In this document: one piece after another, positions 48,201 through 61,300 of the stretch | Layout of the letters: each line of letters begins with the position of its first letter | Numbering within the stretch: the first letter of the stretch is position 1 | Source: Ascidiella aspersa | Taxonomy: Eukaryota | Reading direction: 5' to 3' | Assembly: GCA_963924565.1 (NCBI GenBank) | Contig: OZ004612.1 | Coordinates: 21,080,001-21,144,000 of the forward strand | DNA: 64,000 nucleotides | Translations under genes and position numbers: made by a program | Notes under the pieces: model-generated | What the model was told of the DNA's origin: nothing | Database searches by the model: none | What the model saw: only the letters and a program-made list of their open reading frames with translations

Positions 48201-50662
48201 CTAAGACTAATAAAGCAACGCCATCCAAATCGATGTTATCTATAATATCATAGTATTAAGACCAACCACATAATAAAGCCAATACGCAGTAATATATCTA
48301 CTACGCAATAAACCTTAAAATCGTCGGAAAAAGGCAGCACCTAAATAACCTAACCAAACCACTAAAGCCGTAGGTAGAGGGTGTGGGACGATCGGGGACG
48401 TCGGTTTGGTTGCCAAACTTGAACGGCCCCGTTGCATTTGCCTCTGTTTGTCGGAACCGTAATGTTGGCCTCTGTTTGAGGTCAGGGGTAAGGTTAGTGA
48501 TGAAATTAGGGATGGAAAAGGTTCGTCCTACCTTATTGTAACTCAGGGGTGGGAAATTATTTTTGACGGCGAGCCGCATGAGAAACAGAAAATGTCTTAG
48601 CGGGCCGTTTTTTTAAGGGGATCTCAAACACACACATTACAAAGTGTAATTTATTTTAAAAGAATCTTTAAAATATCCTTGTTTTAGCAAGCTGGTAAGA
48701 GTAGGAATAGGTTTACATGACCTACAAGAGTAACTAATTTAATAAAGATTCCAAAATCAAAAAAAAAATGTTAAGGATTATTTTTACCCCAAAAGTTTCA
48801 TGGAAAATAAGCCGCGGGCTGGACTGTTTTGCTTGGCGGGCCGGATAAGGCCCGTGGGCCGTAGTTTGCCTAGGTCTGTTCTAGCTGTATCGGTGTTCTA
48901 CCTAGCGTGGTTCCATTTAGCGGAAATCTAACTAGCGTGGTTACATTTAGCGGAAATCTAACTAGCGTGGTTCCATTTAGCGGAAATCTACCTATAGCGC
49001 GGTTCCATTCTGCTATGGTAGTTATTGAAATTGAATAATCGGTGATATCAGAAGTTGTCTGTTAATGAGTAATTCTGACGGATTAAGGTGTTATTCCAAA
49101 TTATACCCGAATTTGACTAATAGGTATTATTCTTATTTAGATCTTATACCTTACTGTATTTCATTCTCGCCTTAATGTTGTTTTAATTTCGGTCTTATTG
49201 CTTAAATCCCTGCAGCAGGTATACATGATGAAAATCACTGTATAAATTGCTTCTAAGTAGCTTTGTCAATTTATGTATTTGTATAAATATGCTATTTATA
49301 TTAAACATGTACAATTGCATATAGCCTACTTAAAACAATTAACCGTCGGGATTGTCGTATACGGCTGGAAATAAGGTTTAGTTACACCTGAAATGTCTTT
49401 TCGGTTTATCTCGTTTAAATTTACGCCATAATTTTATATATTCAAGCCATTTCTCGCCTTACTAAATTTATTCACAATTGTTTGTGTGTGGCAATGTTAA
49501 TTGATGTTAATATATAGACGGTCTCCCGCCATAAGACTAAGATTAGAATAACATCAACGTCGGAATAAAACACAGTTCGGAATAAGACCAAAATACGACT
49601 AATACCTAATAGTCGCAGTACCGTCTAAATCGGAATACGTTCTAAGCAAGTCGGAATAAGACCTTGTTCAGAATCAGGCCTAAACAACACTTCACCTAAC
49701 CCCAAACCCCACGTCTAAGTGCATCGTTAACTCCCCTAATAATTTCAACACTAACCCATTTTATAACCCCACTCATAACGGCGCCGGGCAAACTAGGGCG
49801 TCCAAAAGTCGACACCAAAACGGTCGACGCCAGACCCATGGCCACCGAATATCCCATACTCTCTACCTACACATTCAGGATTAATTTTGGCCATTCAGGC
49901 CTTGTTCCGATGAATTTAGAACGTATTCCGGAAGATTTAGGTTTTATATTCAGTCGATTTCTATCTTATTCTGTAGTGAATAATATTGCGTATTTGGCTT
50001 TATAATATCGTTGGTCCTAATATTGTGGTTTTATAGATTTTTCTGCTTTTTTTTAAGTAATATTGTATGTCATATAAACGACCTCTATTTGCGTCCCAGG
50101 GAACAACGGTTCTTGCAAATATCTACAGTGTTCACAACGACACCAGACTTTGGAAAGACCCACTTGAATTTAACGTCGACCGACATCTGGATGAAAATGG
50201 AAAGTTCATTAAGAGCAATCACATTATTCCATTCGGCGTGGGTAAGGATTCCTGTTGTAGTATTAAGTAAATTCGTTTTTTGTAGATAATAATTAGCCTA
50301 CGTGTCTATCGCACTTGCAGTATGGTTTTATTCTTCTAATGAACAACCAATAATTTGGTTCATATTCTTACTTGAAAGATTGCCCTAGAGTAAACTTTAC
50401 TGCGATTAAAAACTGTTTTCGATGATTACTATCAAGTGACATCGCTGATTTTTGCTGAATAATGCATTTGCTAGGTCAACGGCTTTGTATCGGAAAACAA
50501 CTTGGAGAAATGGAATTCTTTATGTTTCTTGTTTGCATTTTGCAAAATTTTGAAGTAATGCCAGCAGTGCCCGGGGAATATCAGTATGAAGATCTACTAG
50601 AAAGTGGAATCATAGCGACCCCTCCACAAAGCAGCAATCTGAAGCTGGTTGAGAGAAAGTAA
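42272..50662 (+). CDS. Cytochrome P450, clan 2 / CYP2-like (CYP-A); 11 exons, 502 aa
   Basis: Exons 42272-42454, 42707-42872, 43480-43589, 43989-44051, 45231-45371, 46198-46278, 46479-46614, 47345-47460, 47948-48130, 50100-50241, 50475-50662 (1509 nt, open frame). N-terminal anchor and PPGP hinge, DPSNPRDFVD, I-helix GGMETIS, K-helix EAHR, heme motif FGVGQRLCIG. AATAAA at 50745. Confidence 0.94.
43120..43358. mobile_element. Short hAT MITE in CYP-A intron 2
   Basis: CAAAGGCGTAGC...GCTACGCCTCTG; perfect TSD GGTTTAAC. Confidence 0.85.
45613..45671 (-). mobile_element. Poly(A)-only retrotransposition scar
   Basis: Perfect 22-bp direct repeat GTAAACATCAAGGCACGTCCTA (45613-45634 and 45650-45671) flanking T15. 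Confidence 0.7.
46700..47168. mobile_element. hAT MITE with (AAGTC)n subterminal repeats
   Basis: CAGTGTTGT...ACAACACTG; TSD TTAATACA/TCAATACA. Related decayed pieces at ~45500-45870, 47255-47310 and 18690-18770. Confidence 0.8.
48544..48878 (+). mobile_element. hAT MITE (family A-related ends) inserted into a foldback-like repeat
   Basis: CAGGGGTGGGAAA...TTTGCCTAGGTCTG; TSD TTGTAACT/TTCTAGCT (6/8). Confidence 0.75.
48897..49010. repeat. 30-bp minisatellite, ~3.5 copies
   Basis: Unit (A/C)CTAGCGTGGTTCCATTTAGCGGAAATCTA; a single related unit lies at ~52186-52215. Confidence 0.9.
49520..50046 (-). mobile_element. Foldback-like repeat, reverse copy (CYP-A intron 9)
   Basis: Reverse-complement match to copies A and B along nearly their whole length. 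Confidence 0.7.
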
Positions 50663-52540
50663 ACAAGTTTAAAAACAAGTGTATCGTTTCGCTTAACTCC
50701 AGTAAAAAGTAAAGCGTATAATGCAAGAACTGATTTCGCTCAAAAATAAACGTTTGACTTTTATTGCATTAATCGTCTAAATATTTTTTTCAACACCTGC
50801 TCGACACACCGCAAACTGCAAAATGAATATTTAAAGTAAAGACAGCAAGATCTTATTTTTTACTCTATACATGTATTTCTATTATCATGTTCTAAATTTT
50901 TCTATTAGTATATTATAACATTCGCAATAATATTTAGTATATCTATGTATGTTCTCAAATGTATTTAGCTTTGTTTTATGCTACAAATTTTGCGGTATTT
51001 GTTATATTATTATTCGGGTGTTTTTAAAAAAAAAAAAAGAATTAAGTTATGTTGGCGCCTGTCCATCGGTAAACTATTTATAAGAATGCAACGCCACACT
51101 TTGTTTCGATTCTTCCCAAATTATTATAATGTTTTGAACGAAATGACCCGAAGGACAAAGTGACTTCACATTATTTCAATACAACTTCAGTTCGCGTAGT
51201 GCAAATCGTTTTTCCGCTTCGTGAACGATTAAAAAGACAACGCAGCCTTTGTAAATTGTCGCCGTAAGTCCGGTTCGGTTTCACCTACTGTAAATGCGAA
51301 AATATTTTTTCACCTAATGAACTATATAAAAAAAACGATTCACACATACTCGTGCAGAGCGTATCTGATGTCTGCTGGTGAAAAAATTGTTTTTTAAAAG
51401 CACGTGTTGCGCTTCAAACTCATGTTTCACATGCCTGAATTGTATGTTATTACGAAAATTTGTTCGCTGTTTTTCAAGTTAAAATGAATATCGTTATTCC
51501 AGTGCAGCACATGAGGCACAAGTTATATTTTTCTGAATGGAATTTGTAGCGAAATTATCAGATGATAAGTAGGCAGCATTAGGTCATTAGGTGTATTTAC
51601 ATAATGTGCAGACAATCCGTGGACGCGACACACGCTATCAAAAAGCTTTAGAAAGCTTGATCCAATTTTGAAACTTTTATATGTCGGGCGTGTAATGGTA
51701 TAACATCAAACATCTTTTTATTAATAGTCGTAATACCCACACGATTACCTGCTATTTGCTTCTAGGACAATATAAATCGCCCTTAGTCGTGCAGCATTTT
51801 CTAAACGCATTTACTGAAGTTATTACAGTATGTAACAGGTCTATCTTTTAAGTAAAGATGTTTGCCATCGAAATTTCAAATGCGGGTCAAACCAAGTCAA
51901 AGGCTGAACAAGGTCGCCTACGCAACTGCCCTATGTGACCTATGTGCCATGTGGTTATTTGCAATAGATTGTGCTTCTATTACATCCAAATATACGATTC
52001 TAAAGGAATTTAACCGAACTGGTCGTGTTTCGGTGCAACTTGTTTTGTTATGTGCCAGTGTCAGTCTTTATGTGGCCTATAACCATATGGTATAACTATG
52101 AATGAAAGTTTGCCATAAATCATTGCTTGAATAGATTACAGTTAGATTAGTTCAACCTGGTGCAGCTGGAGGGTTGTATCGGTCCAGCGGAAATCTACCT
52201 TACGTGGTTCAATTCAGCATATGGTAGTTATAGAAATTGCATGATGACGAAGTGGTCTAATCTCTGCGGCAATTCAGTTTTGCACTACACAGAGTAAAGC
52301 TACATATCAGCCAAAACCAGAGATAAAATCATGGGTTTGGCTGATGTAGCTTTACTTTTCAAAGGTGCATCAGTAGATTCCCGTGAATTGGGCAAAAGAG
52401 TTTGTCTAAAAAGTGTGTTGTTTTGCTTTGATCGCTGTACTAAATTTAAACAAAATATTTAGTTGAGCATAAGCTGGTAAAGGTAATATTTGTATGTAAC
52501 CATGTTAAATAATACTGGTGTTGAAAACGTGTCACAACTA

Positions 52541-52892
52541 GGGCGATTATTTTTTTAAAAACAGCAAACACTGTTCGAAACATTTGCCCAAATCAGAGAT
52601 AAACAACTATAATGCAAAAAACGAAGTTTTAGATGAGCCTAATGCGATAAACTATTATGCAAGCTCGCGTATACCGTATACTGCTCTAATGAAAACACAA
52701 TACAGTTAAAATGTCAGTAAATATAAATCAAAACTGAATTTTCTTGCTAATATTTTAACTGAACAATAGTTTACAAAGCTGACTAGAGTTTTTTCAATTT
52801 TGTGAACGATTTATGTGCGTTTTTAATCGATTTTGACTTGAAATAATTTTGACAAATATTGACTTTTTTGACATGTCAAAAAATAATCGCCC
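52541..52892. mobile_element. Harbinger-like MITE, second copy
   Basis: GGGCGATTATT...AATAATCGCCC; internal blocks shared with 37806-38224. Confidence 0.6.
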
Positions 52893-53128
52893 TTTTCATA
52901 ACCATTATTTTGTACCAGTAGCGATTCCGATTTTCTATTGTCGACTACAGCAAATTTATGTCAGATCTAAAGAAATCAGAAAAGGCAACGTACTAAAAAT
53001 TGTTAGATAATTTCTGGAATGTCGCAACCAATTTACGTCTAATGTGACGTCAGAAAACAAATAACCTTAATAAGTCTGTTTCCTGAATAAATTCTAAGAG
53101 GTTTAAAGTTTATTTATATGATTTTGGC

Positions 53129-53354
53129 AAAATTGCCACCCTTACACAATTAAAAATTGCCACCCTTATACAATTAAAAAAAATTTAAAGCATACGGTGC
53201 ATTAATCGTGTTAAAGATTAAATAGGCAAATTTCTTACGGTGCATTAATTGTATTAAAGTTTAAATAGGGAAATTTCTTACGGTGCATTAATTGTATTAA
53301 AGTTTAAATAGGCAAATTTCTTACGGTGCATTAAGCGTGTTAAAGTTTAAATAG
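53129..53354. repeat. 24-bp tandem duplication followed by a 43-bp minisatellite (~3.8 copies)
   Basis: AAAATTGCCACCCTTAYACAATTA twice, then unit TACGGTGCATTAATTGTATTAAAGTTTAAATAGGCAAATTTCT from 53193. Confidence 0.9.
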
Positions 53355-53788
53355 ATTCTTACTATAAATGCCATACTTTATCACATAGCAAAGATGCTGT
53401 AGTATCGGCAAAAGCGAAAAAATAATGTACTTTCTATATTTAATTGGCAGAACTTTAAGTTTTTAAAATGTATATGATTACAAACATACATACATACAGA
53501 AAACGTTTCAAAAATACTTACTTATCTTATTACTGTTTTCTATATTTCGCTTACCTAGTATAAATTGGCAAAAAATGGGTATTTTCAACAATGTCCTCTG
53601 TAGTCAAATTGTAAATACGTTTTCGCAAACATAACAATAGTTTTCTTTCATATTTATGAAACTGTTGCATTTTGATTTCTTTTACAGTCAAATATTTGCA
53701 TTGGTGTTTCTCGTATTATTTTGCGCATTTTTTCTCTATACAAGTGGTATAAAAAACAAACTTTCGAATACTCCGCGGGCAGACACAA

Positions 53789-54012
53789 TATAGTGGGCCA
53801 AAAGTAGGCTTACAGTTAAAAAAAGTAGGGTTTGGGTCTAAAAGTAAATTTATTGTTTTGGGGTTCTTTTCATACACCTTGTTCTTTACAACACCCCCAA
53901 AAAAGAAATCCATTGGTGTCAGGTCAGGTGAGCGTGATGGCCATTCAATGCTTCCTCTTCTTCCAAGCCAACGCTGTGGAATAACTGTAAGCCTACTTTT
54001 GGCCCACCCTTG
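53789..54012 (-). mobile_element. Internally deleted Tc1/mariner element with a transposase fragment
   Basis: Perfect 25-bp TIR GTGGGCCAAAAGTAGGCTTACAGTT at both ends. The minus strand reads PQRWLGRRGSIEWPSRSPDLTPMDFFFGGVVKNKVY, matching the WPxRSPDLxPxDFFxWG motif. Confidence 0.9.
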
Positions 54013-55310
54013 TGTTGTATCACACGTTTTCCCTACTCGATTGTAATACAGTGCGAATGTTATAAAAAAAAGGCTTGTAAATTGTTAATCAAAAACGAAT
54101 TATTCTTCCGTGGTACAATTTACGATTTGAAAGTGTTTTTTTTTTATGCAGTTATAATCGAACATGGTAACACAACAGTTTTGTCCGGTAAACCTTTCGA
54201 GGTACAATGCGTGTAGCAGCAAGGGAAATTGTTCTTTTGAGTCAACAGACATTTAAATTGCGAATAAAGCGCTCGCGTTATAGGCAGAACGATTCAGACA
54301 AAGTTGATATATTTTTATCACAAAAGCTTTCCGTGCATTTGGTGACTATCATGCGTTCCTACTGAGAGCGTAGCTGTTTAAATCGAGGAGAGTGTAAATC
54401 TATTGTGCGGGACTGGAATAAGTTTGAGTCACTTACCGCGCTCAGTCAGGCAAACACAATTTAGCCGGAATTGCTTTATTGCAATGTGTGTCGGCATTTT
54501 TGGAATTAGAATAGCGCACAAAGGCGTTCGAGGAATTACAGACCTAATGAGTCCTAAGAAATATTCAAGTGTCTTGACTTCTGATAAAATATCAAAAGTA
54601 GTTTAAACAAGAGAAAAGCAGTGAAAAATCCGCCAAAAAAGCAAAAAAAATGTAGCCTAGTCGTAACAACTTTTAACCCCATCTGAAAAAGTTTTAAACC
54701 ATCCAATGAACCATACATACAACCTCTTTTTGCCGCTGGGTGTGGGTTAGGAGAAGTTTTACTTACAGGCCTGAGGCTTTGTTAGTCATAAAAATGTATA
54801 TACTGTTTGTCAAAGTCAAATTGGAGTAGTGATGTTTATTTTGAATTCGGTATAGTTCGTTTTAGGTTTTGTTTCAATTTGTGTGAAATTTCGGTGTAAA
54901 TGGAAGCGAATGCGTTTGTTTTTCAGGTATGCGTAGGCACAAATATGGGAGCAGCGCATAAATGCACCTGCACTGGCTTATGTTGACGCACAGAGCATAA
55001 AAAATGCCCTATAGTGACACTGCTGTCTGACAGGATATGCTGCATGACAGAGCTGAACAATGTTAGTGGGATAGCTGATAGTTTGAGGTAAACATCCGCC
55101 AAAATACCTCGATGAGTCGTTTTAAGCACACGGAAAATATCCAGTCGGATAGATTAACAGTTTTACCAGTCTAACAAAAAGTTCGAGGGAAAATATAGTG
55201 TTTCATAACACTCCTAAAGGAACTAAGAAAGGACATGTGAGTGAAATATTACAACATAACCAGGTAATGTTTTGTTTTCCATGACACAGATTTACTGCAA
55301 TTGATTTTAA

Positions 55311-58300
55311 ATGGAGTTAAGTGTGTTATTATCTGAACACCTGACTGCCGTGCTTTTGGGCGCGGTGGGAATGATGGTGGCCTTCGTATTTTTCAATCAT
55401 CGCCGACCAAAGAATTTTCCTCCCGGACCAAACGGATTTCCTTTAATTGGAATTGCGCCGTTTCTCGGGACGAGACCCGACAAAAAAATAACCGTGAGTG
55501 TATTCGATTTTTATAACTTTGTAGCTATATACGGCAGTGTAATGCGTATTTAAGATACGACGAATACATTCGATCTGCATAGGAGTTGTACTGATTTTAA
55601 ACAAAGAGTAATTTGTAACTTGGGTTATAAAGACAGGCTAAGCAAAAATACGGGACGTGGTGGATTTGTTTAACTTTAAATTTTACTTAAGACAATGCTG
55701 TTTCGCAGGAGTATGCACAAAAGTATGGTGACGTTATGGGTGTCGACATGGGAACGCATTACGTGTTGGTTCTGAGCTCGGTTGAAGTTATGAACGAAGC
55801 TCTCGCCAAGCAGGGAGATGTTTACTCCGCGAGGCCTTGGACATACCTACATGACGTGATCTGGTGCAAAAACGGTGAGTGTATTTGAAAAGCCGAACCC
55901 TTGAGCATTTTCACCTGTGGTACAGTATTGTAGTTTTACTAAATTTGGAGTAAACTATCGTTTTTCACTAAACTAAAATCCTGATTTCCATCGCTAACGT
56001 GTCGTCTTTCTATCGTCCAAGGTATCTTTTTTTTCATAAAAAACTATACGCTTTCGTTTTTACCATTAGTGCCTATGCTCCTTAACGGACTGCCTGGCAC
56101 TATCGCAACTGAACCCCAAAATCTCCCCTATATATATATATAATACGTTAACGTGTTTATTGTTTCCAGAAACTCAATATATAAGTAGTAATTAGTTTTT
56201 CAAATATATTAAACCGACAAATTCGGAAGGTAATTAAAGATCAAATAACAAAGAAAGTTATACATAAAACGCACAAATGCGACGGAAAAAGACCCACCAG
56301 AGACCCACCGTAGAAAACTTTTGTAAAACACATTTTTTCAAACCCCATCAGGCAGAATTAAAACGGCAAGTCGTTCAAAGCTGTTAAATGAAATTAAATT
56401 CACCAAACTAAATTCTGTATAGGTCGCTCGGAAAGTTTCTGCCGCTCATATATGGCTATTCGTAAAACCACCTGAACAGAATAACTCAGTCATCCAACCA
56501 TTATTATTATGAGTTAACGAGTAATATTAGGAGATGTAAGCATTTTATAGTATAATGCCCCAATTTATGATGGCCTGTCTAATGTGAAACTGGAATTTGT
56601 TTTTACCGCTAGCGTTTAAAACAAACTAACATTTTTTCAAAAATATATATTTTTATAAAAGGTATTTTTTTACCTTTCGTAAATTTTAAACTGAAAAAAC
56701 GCATTAATAGCCAGAAGTAAATCGTGAATGCTTTGCACAATCGGAATGCCAAGTACTAACACCCACTGGAGTTGTGAGATTTAATCTTTAGGAATAATGT
56801 TGCAGGATTATCAATGACTGACTACAGCGAGGCTTGGAAGGAACAGCGCAAGTTCGTCCTCCAATCTCTTCGCAAGTTCGGATTTGGCAAAACTGTGCTG
56901 GAAGGACCAATTGCTGTGAGTTCCGCTGAAATTATTACTGATGAAGGGCAGCAGTTTAAACTTTGCCAAGTCTTCGCATTGTTTACCGCTTGTTAAAAAA
57001 TTACAATCATTTTAATTTTAACAGGACGAAACAAGACATTTGTCGGAAGCACTTCGGCAGTTAGGAGGAGATTATGCATCAGGAAAGGTTACATAATTAC
57101 CAAGTTTTAGAAATATTGCAATCTATATAGTATGTCAGTCACATCATACTTCCGAAAAACAAAAGCATGTCGCTATATATACCCCATTAAGGTTTTCGGG
57201 TCCCCTATACCTACATAAAATTAACTCAAGATAATTGTATTTGGTTACATATGTTTAAGAATTACATCATGGACGCTGTGGCCAACGTCATGTGTAAGTT
57301 AACTTTGGGAACAAGGTTCAACTACGACGATGATCAGAATTTTATGCGTTATGCTCACAATGTGACCAAAAAGTTTCAGGAAGCGAGTTTTCCCATACAG
57401 GTAAGACCCATTCGTGTTTGCAGCGACTTTTTTTTAGAGATATTCGACCGTCCCCGCAGTTAATACTTTAACCTATATAACCTATATTCAGGTTTACCCA
57501 AATGAAACACTAGGCCAAACGTAATTATCTAGTACCCAACTTGTGCGTAACAAATGGGAAAAGATTTAATCTCTTTTTAGTTACATGAATTTTTCTTGTC
57601 GCGAAATACATGCGAATATTCAAACCTTTTTTGAAATACTGATAAAATCATAACACTAAGAACGTAAAAAAGGAAAACAATAAAATACCGTTGTCAACAA
57701 ATATTACAGGCCTGCACATTACTGCCGTGGTGTTACCTCATACCCCCTTTCAGAGGACCACTCAGGAGAATGAAACTGCTGTTCAAAGACGTAAGATTAA
57801 ATGGCTTAAGGGCTGCTATTTAATTTAGTAGTATTTTTGTAGAAAGGTCGTAATTTATATAACATATCGGGTATCGCGTGTGTCGAAGTAAAACATAAAA
57901 TATCAGACATTCTTAGTTTACTGTAGGCTTATGTGTTTTGTAGTAGAATTTGAGAAAAATTTAATTTCTTTTACCTCAAGTTCTTACAAGAGCTACCTCA
58001 AGTCTTATATTTAAAACCGTCGTACAAAAAGGTTGGAGAAATATTAATTGAATAAAAAGAAGTCTTAACGCTTTTTACAGTTGCACAACACTATACACGA
58101 CTACATAGAAGACCACAAGAAGACCCTTGACCCAGACGATCCGCGTGATTTTCTCGACGACTACCTCGTAGAAATATCAAAGAAAACCGGCCCAAGCAAG
58201 GGATACTTTAATGGTATTGAAAGAAATTACAATTTTTTAAATCCAAATTAGAAAAAGTAACACCGAGCGAAAAGCATACTTTGCTATCGCTCAGGGATTC

Positions 58301-61300
58301 TTAAACAGAGCTCCATGGACCCCTTGGGTGTCAGTGAACTAGTTTTCGGGGGTCCATGAAAGCCCAATTGAAATATTAGTGTATACTACCATTTAGAAAG
58401 TACTAAATTTATCGAAGAAAACAGTTTAATTAAAAATAAAACGGTTTTGCACTTAATGCATTAGTACTCCATTTCACTTTCATATTTTTGGACCGAAATT
58501 AGCTGATTTGTACTGTGGCGTAAATTTATGACGTCATTTTGAATTGTTTTTGCCTGCCATGGTCCACGCGAGGCAAGAAAAAAAGTTAGGGGTCATGGGT
58601 GAAAAAAGTTTAAGAACCCCTGATATAGCTACAAGTATACGCTTTGACGTGATTGATTCTGTCATTATCTGGTTTAGGAAGGTTGGGAGATTTAGAAAAC
58701 ACGCACGTTTTACTTGGTATTATGAGTAGGCTAAGAGGTTTAGCAGGAATTAATTGGTGTCTTCCTGTCGTCCTACGTTGGTGGACGACCGTGCTTGCTT
58801 CAACTTCCTAGGTGTTACGTGTTTTTTTACCTTCTATGTATTAGTATGTGGTTGTACCACTTTTAAATTTTGCACTTCTAGTTTTTTTACTGGTTGCCTT
58901 ATAGCCTACATTTTTTTAAAATATTTATATCCCACCTTACCATAATATGCATACAGTGTTCGGGGTAGGGTATTTTAGTTATGCAATATCCATTCTTTCT
59001 TTAACGCCTATAAACTAATCCCAAAGAAATCAATTTAGCACAGATAAATTAGTGTTTTGTTAGTTTCGCCTAATATTTCTATGTGTAATTTTATAAACTT
59101 TCCATGTTGACTGCTGGGATTGTTGTGTCATGACATTCGGTTGTATATTGTTATGCATTTGAGTTGGTTTCTAACGAAATACAAATTTTGTAATAAAATG
59201 AATTTATATGTTGTACCGGTAATCCAAATATTTCTGCAAACTCCTGTTTCCCAATAATGACGTCTCAATTCCGTCTCGTTGTACACTATAGTTACTTTTA
59301 TAACAAGTTCGAGATGACAACTGCCACTAGTTGGAAAATTGTAACTTTAAAAATGATGTTATAATTGGGGCATATTAATTATTCAAGAACTTTCCAGTAA
59401 TAGGAAAAGTAACTAAACATTTAATTTTATTACACGTTTTAGTAATTGCTTTACACCGGTGTTCTTATTTTAGAAACAATGCTGAAGTTCATTTTGAGAG
59501 ACTTATTTCTTGGGGGAACTGAAACCATTTTCAGCAACCTTAGTTGGTCGATGCTTATATTGGCCAACCGCCCTGATGTCCAAAAAAAGGTAACAAATAA
59601 GATAGTGGTGGTAGACCGATCTGTTTTTAAACATCACATGATTTTTATTGGGGTTCAGGTTATCATTTTTTATCGGATGGTGTGAGGCATTATTAGGCTA
59701 GTATTAATAAACGAAATTATTTAAGTTAGCATTTTAATTATGATTCATGCCCTTGTTGTGTGATGGTGTTACATTTCTATGATCGCGTCCCGGTATAACA
59801 GATGCTATCCACTGCTCGGTATAATAGACCGCTAAACGAAGATTTTAATCTGACTATAGAAGTCATCCAAATTTGTCGGATCGGCTGTGGCGAAATACAT
59901 AATTTTACAGACGCCTTTGCATTTAGATCCACGACGAAATTGACGAGATTTTCGAAGACGGCGCCCTACCGACCATTCAGCAAAAGGAGGAGATGCATTA
60001 CACCATGGCTTTCATGCAGGAGATGTTTCGCTACAGGACACTACTCCCCTTTGGGGTGGCTCGAATGACAACCAGAGACACGAAACTTGCGGGTTATGAT
60101 ATACCTAAGGTGGCTATAAAATGAGAGCTTTATAAACAGTTTTCGAAAATCACTTTTACACAAAATGTTAAACCGTCGATTACTGTTTGGTGATTTCCAT
60201 ATAACGCCCAAAGCTGTTATATAGACCATATTTTCGTTTAAAAATTGTGTGAACTAGGTTAGCTATTTGCAGGCTTTCCCCTATTTTACAGAATGCACTA
60301 GGATGTATGGTACAAATGCTAACAACCTCAAAGGTGAAGAACCTATAGGCAACAAAAATGAAGTTGTCGACCATATTTCCTTAGCACGAACAACAAATTT
60401 CCTGTACTGCGAGAAATTTTTCGTGGACAGCACAATTATTCATAAACCTCACGTGATTTATATCATAACCTGTAAGCAAGCTTCCCGGTTGCTTTAAGAG
60501 GAAATGACACATCTTCAGCGTTCGTGCTCCATGTAACACTTCCTAAAAACAGGGGCTACACAGAAGCTGTAGTTGAGGGATGTCGAACTTTTCAGTCTGG
60601 TAAATTTATTCAAACTTTGCCACCATTAAGAACTTTTTTGTTTAGATTTTCCAATTGTATGAAGTGCCGCATCGAATACAAATAAATATGCTAGCAGACT
60701 GTTTTGAGCAGCAACTGACGAGTTTTAACGCAATACTCAAAAACCATTTAAAGAGCAAAGACAAAATGCCTAACTGAAGAGTATAGTAAAACTACATTAA
60801 TAAGTATTAAAGATAACTACATCGTTTAAGTAACGTGTGATCAACTGTTGTGGTACTGCTCATAAATGCTGCAAAACAAGTTATTAGAAGTACAATATTT
60901 GTGATTTTTTTTTTAGGGGGGGGGGGGGTATGACATTTTTCAAAACGCTCTGCAGTGGCCTCTAAAATAAGCTTTTGTTGTATATTCGCTTTCTCCTTTA
61001 TACTAGGCCTACCATATATCCTCTTTTAGGAGGATTTGTCCTTTTTTCTCAAGAAAAGTGAATGGTATGGTCCTAAGAGGACGCTCAAAAATGCCCAAAT
61101 GTTTTCTTTTGTTGCATTGCTAGTTACAGTTGCTTATACTGTCAACAAGACTTTTAAGCGAGACGTTGTATTTATTTCCAAAACAGTACTGTAGCCATGG
61201 AACATGTCGAATTGCTGGTTTAAAAAAGTTTTTTCAACAAATTAAAAATTAATCTCGTTAAAAAATGATCATTCCAAAGGTTAAGGGAGCCGCAAAGTAA

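Noticed and set aside
48897-53354. CRISPR-like arrays (30-bp and 43-bp repeats)
   Set aside because: The units are head-to-tail with no unique spacers, the context is eukaryotic and there are no cas genes.
55237-55289. 5'-UTR mini-intron or trans-splice acceptor before CYP-B
   Set aside because: A 53-nt gtgagt...cacag is plausible, but the homologous position in CYP-A has no AG. It cannot be supported without transcripts.
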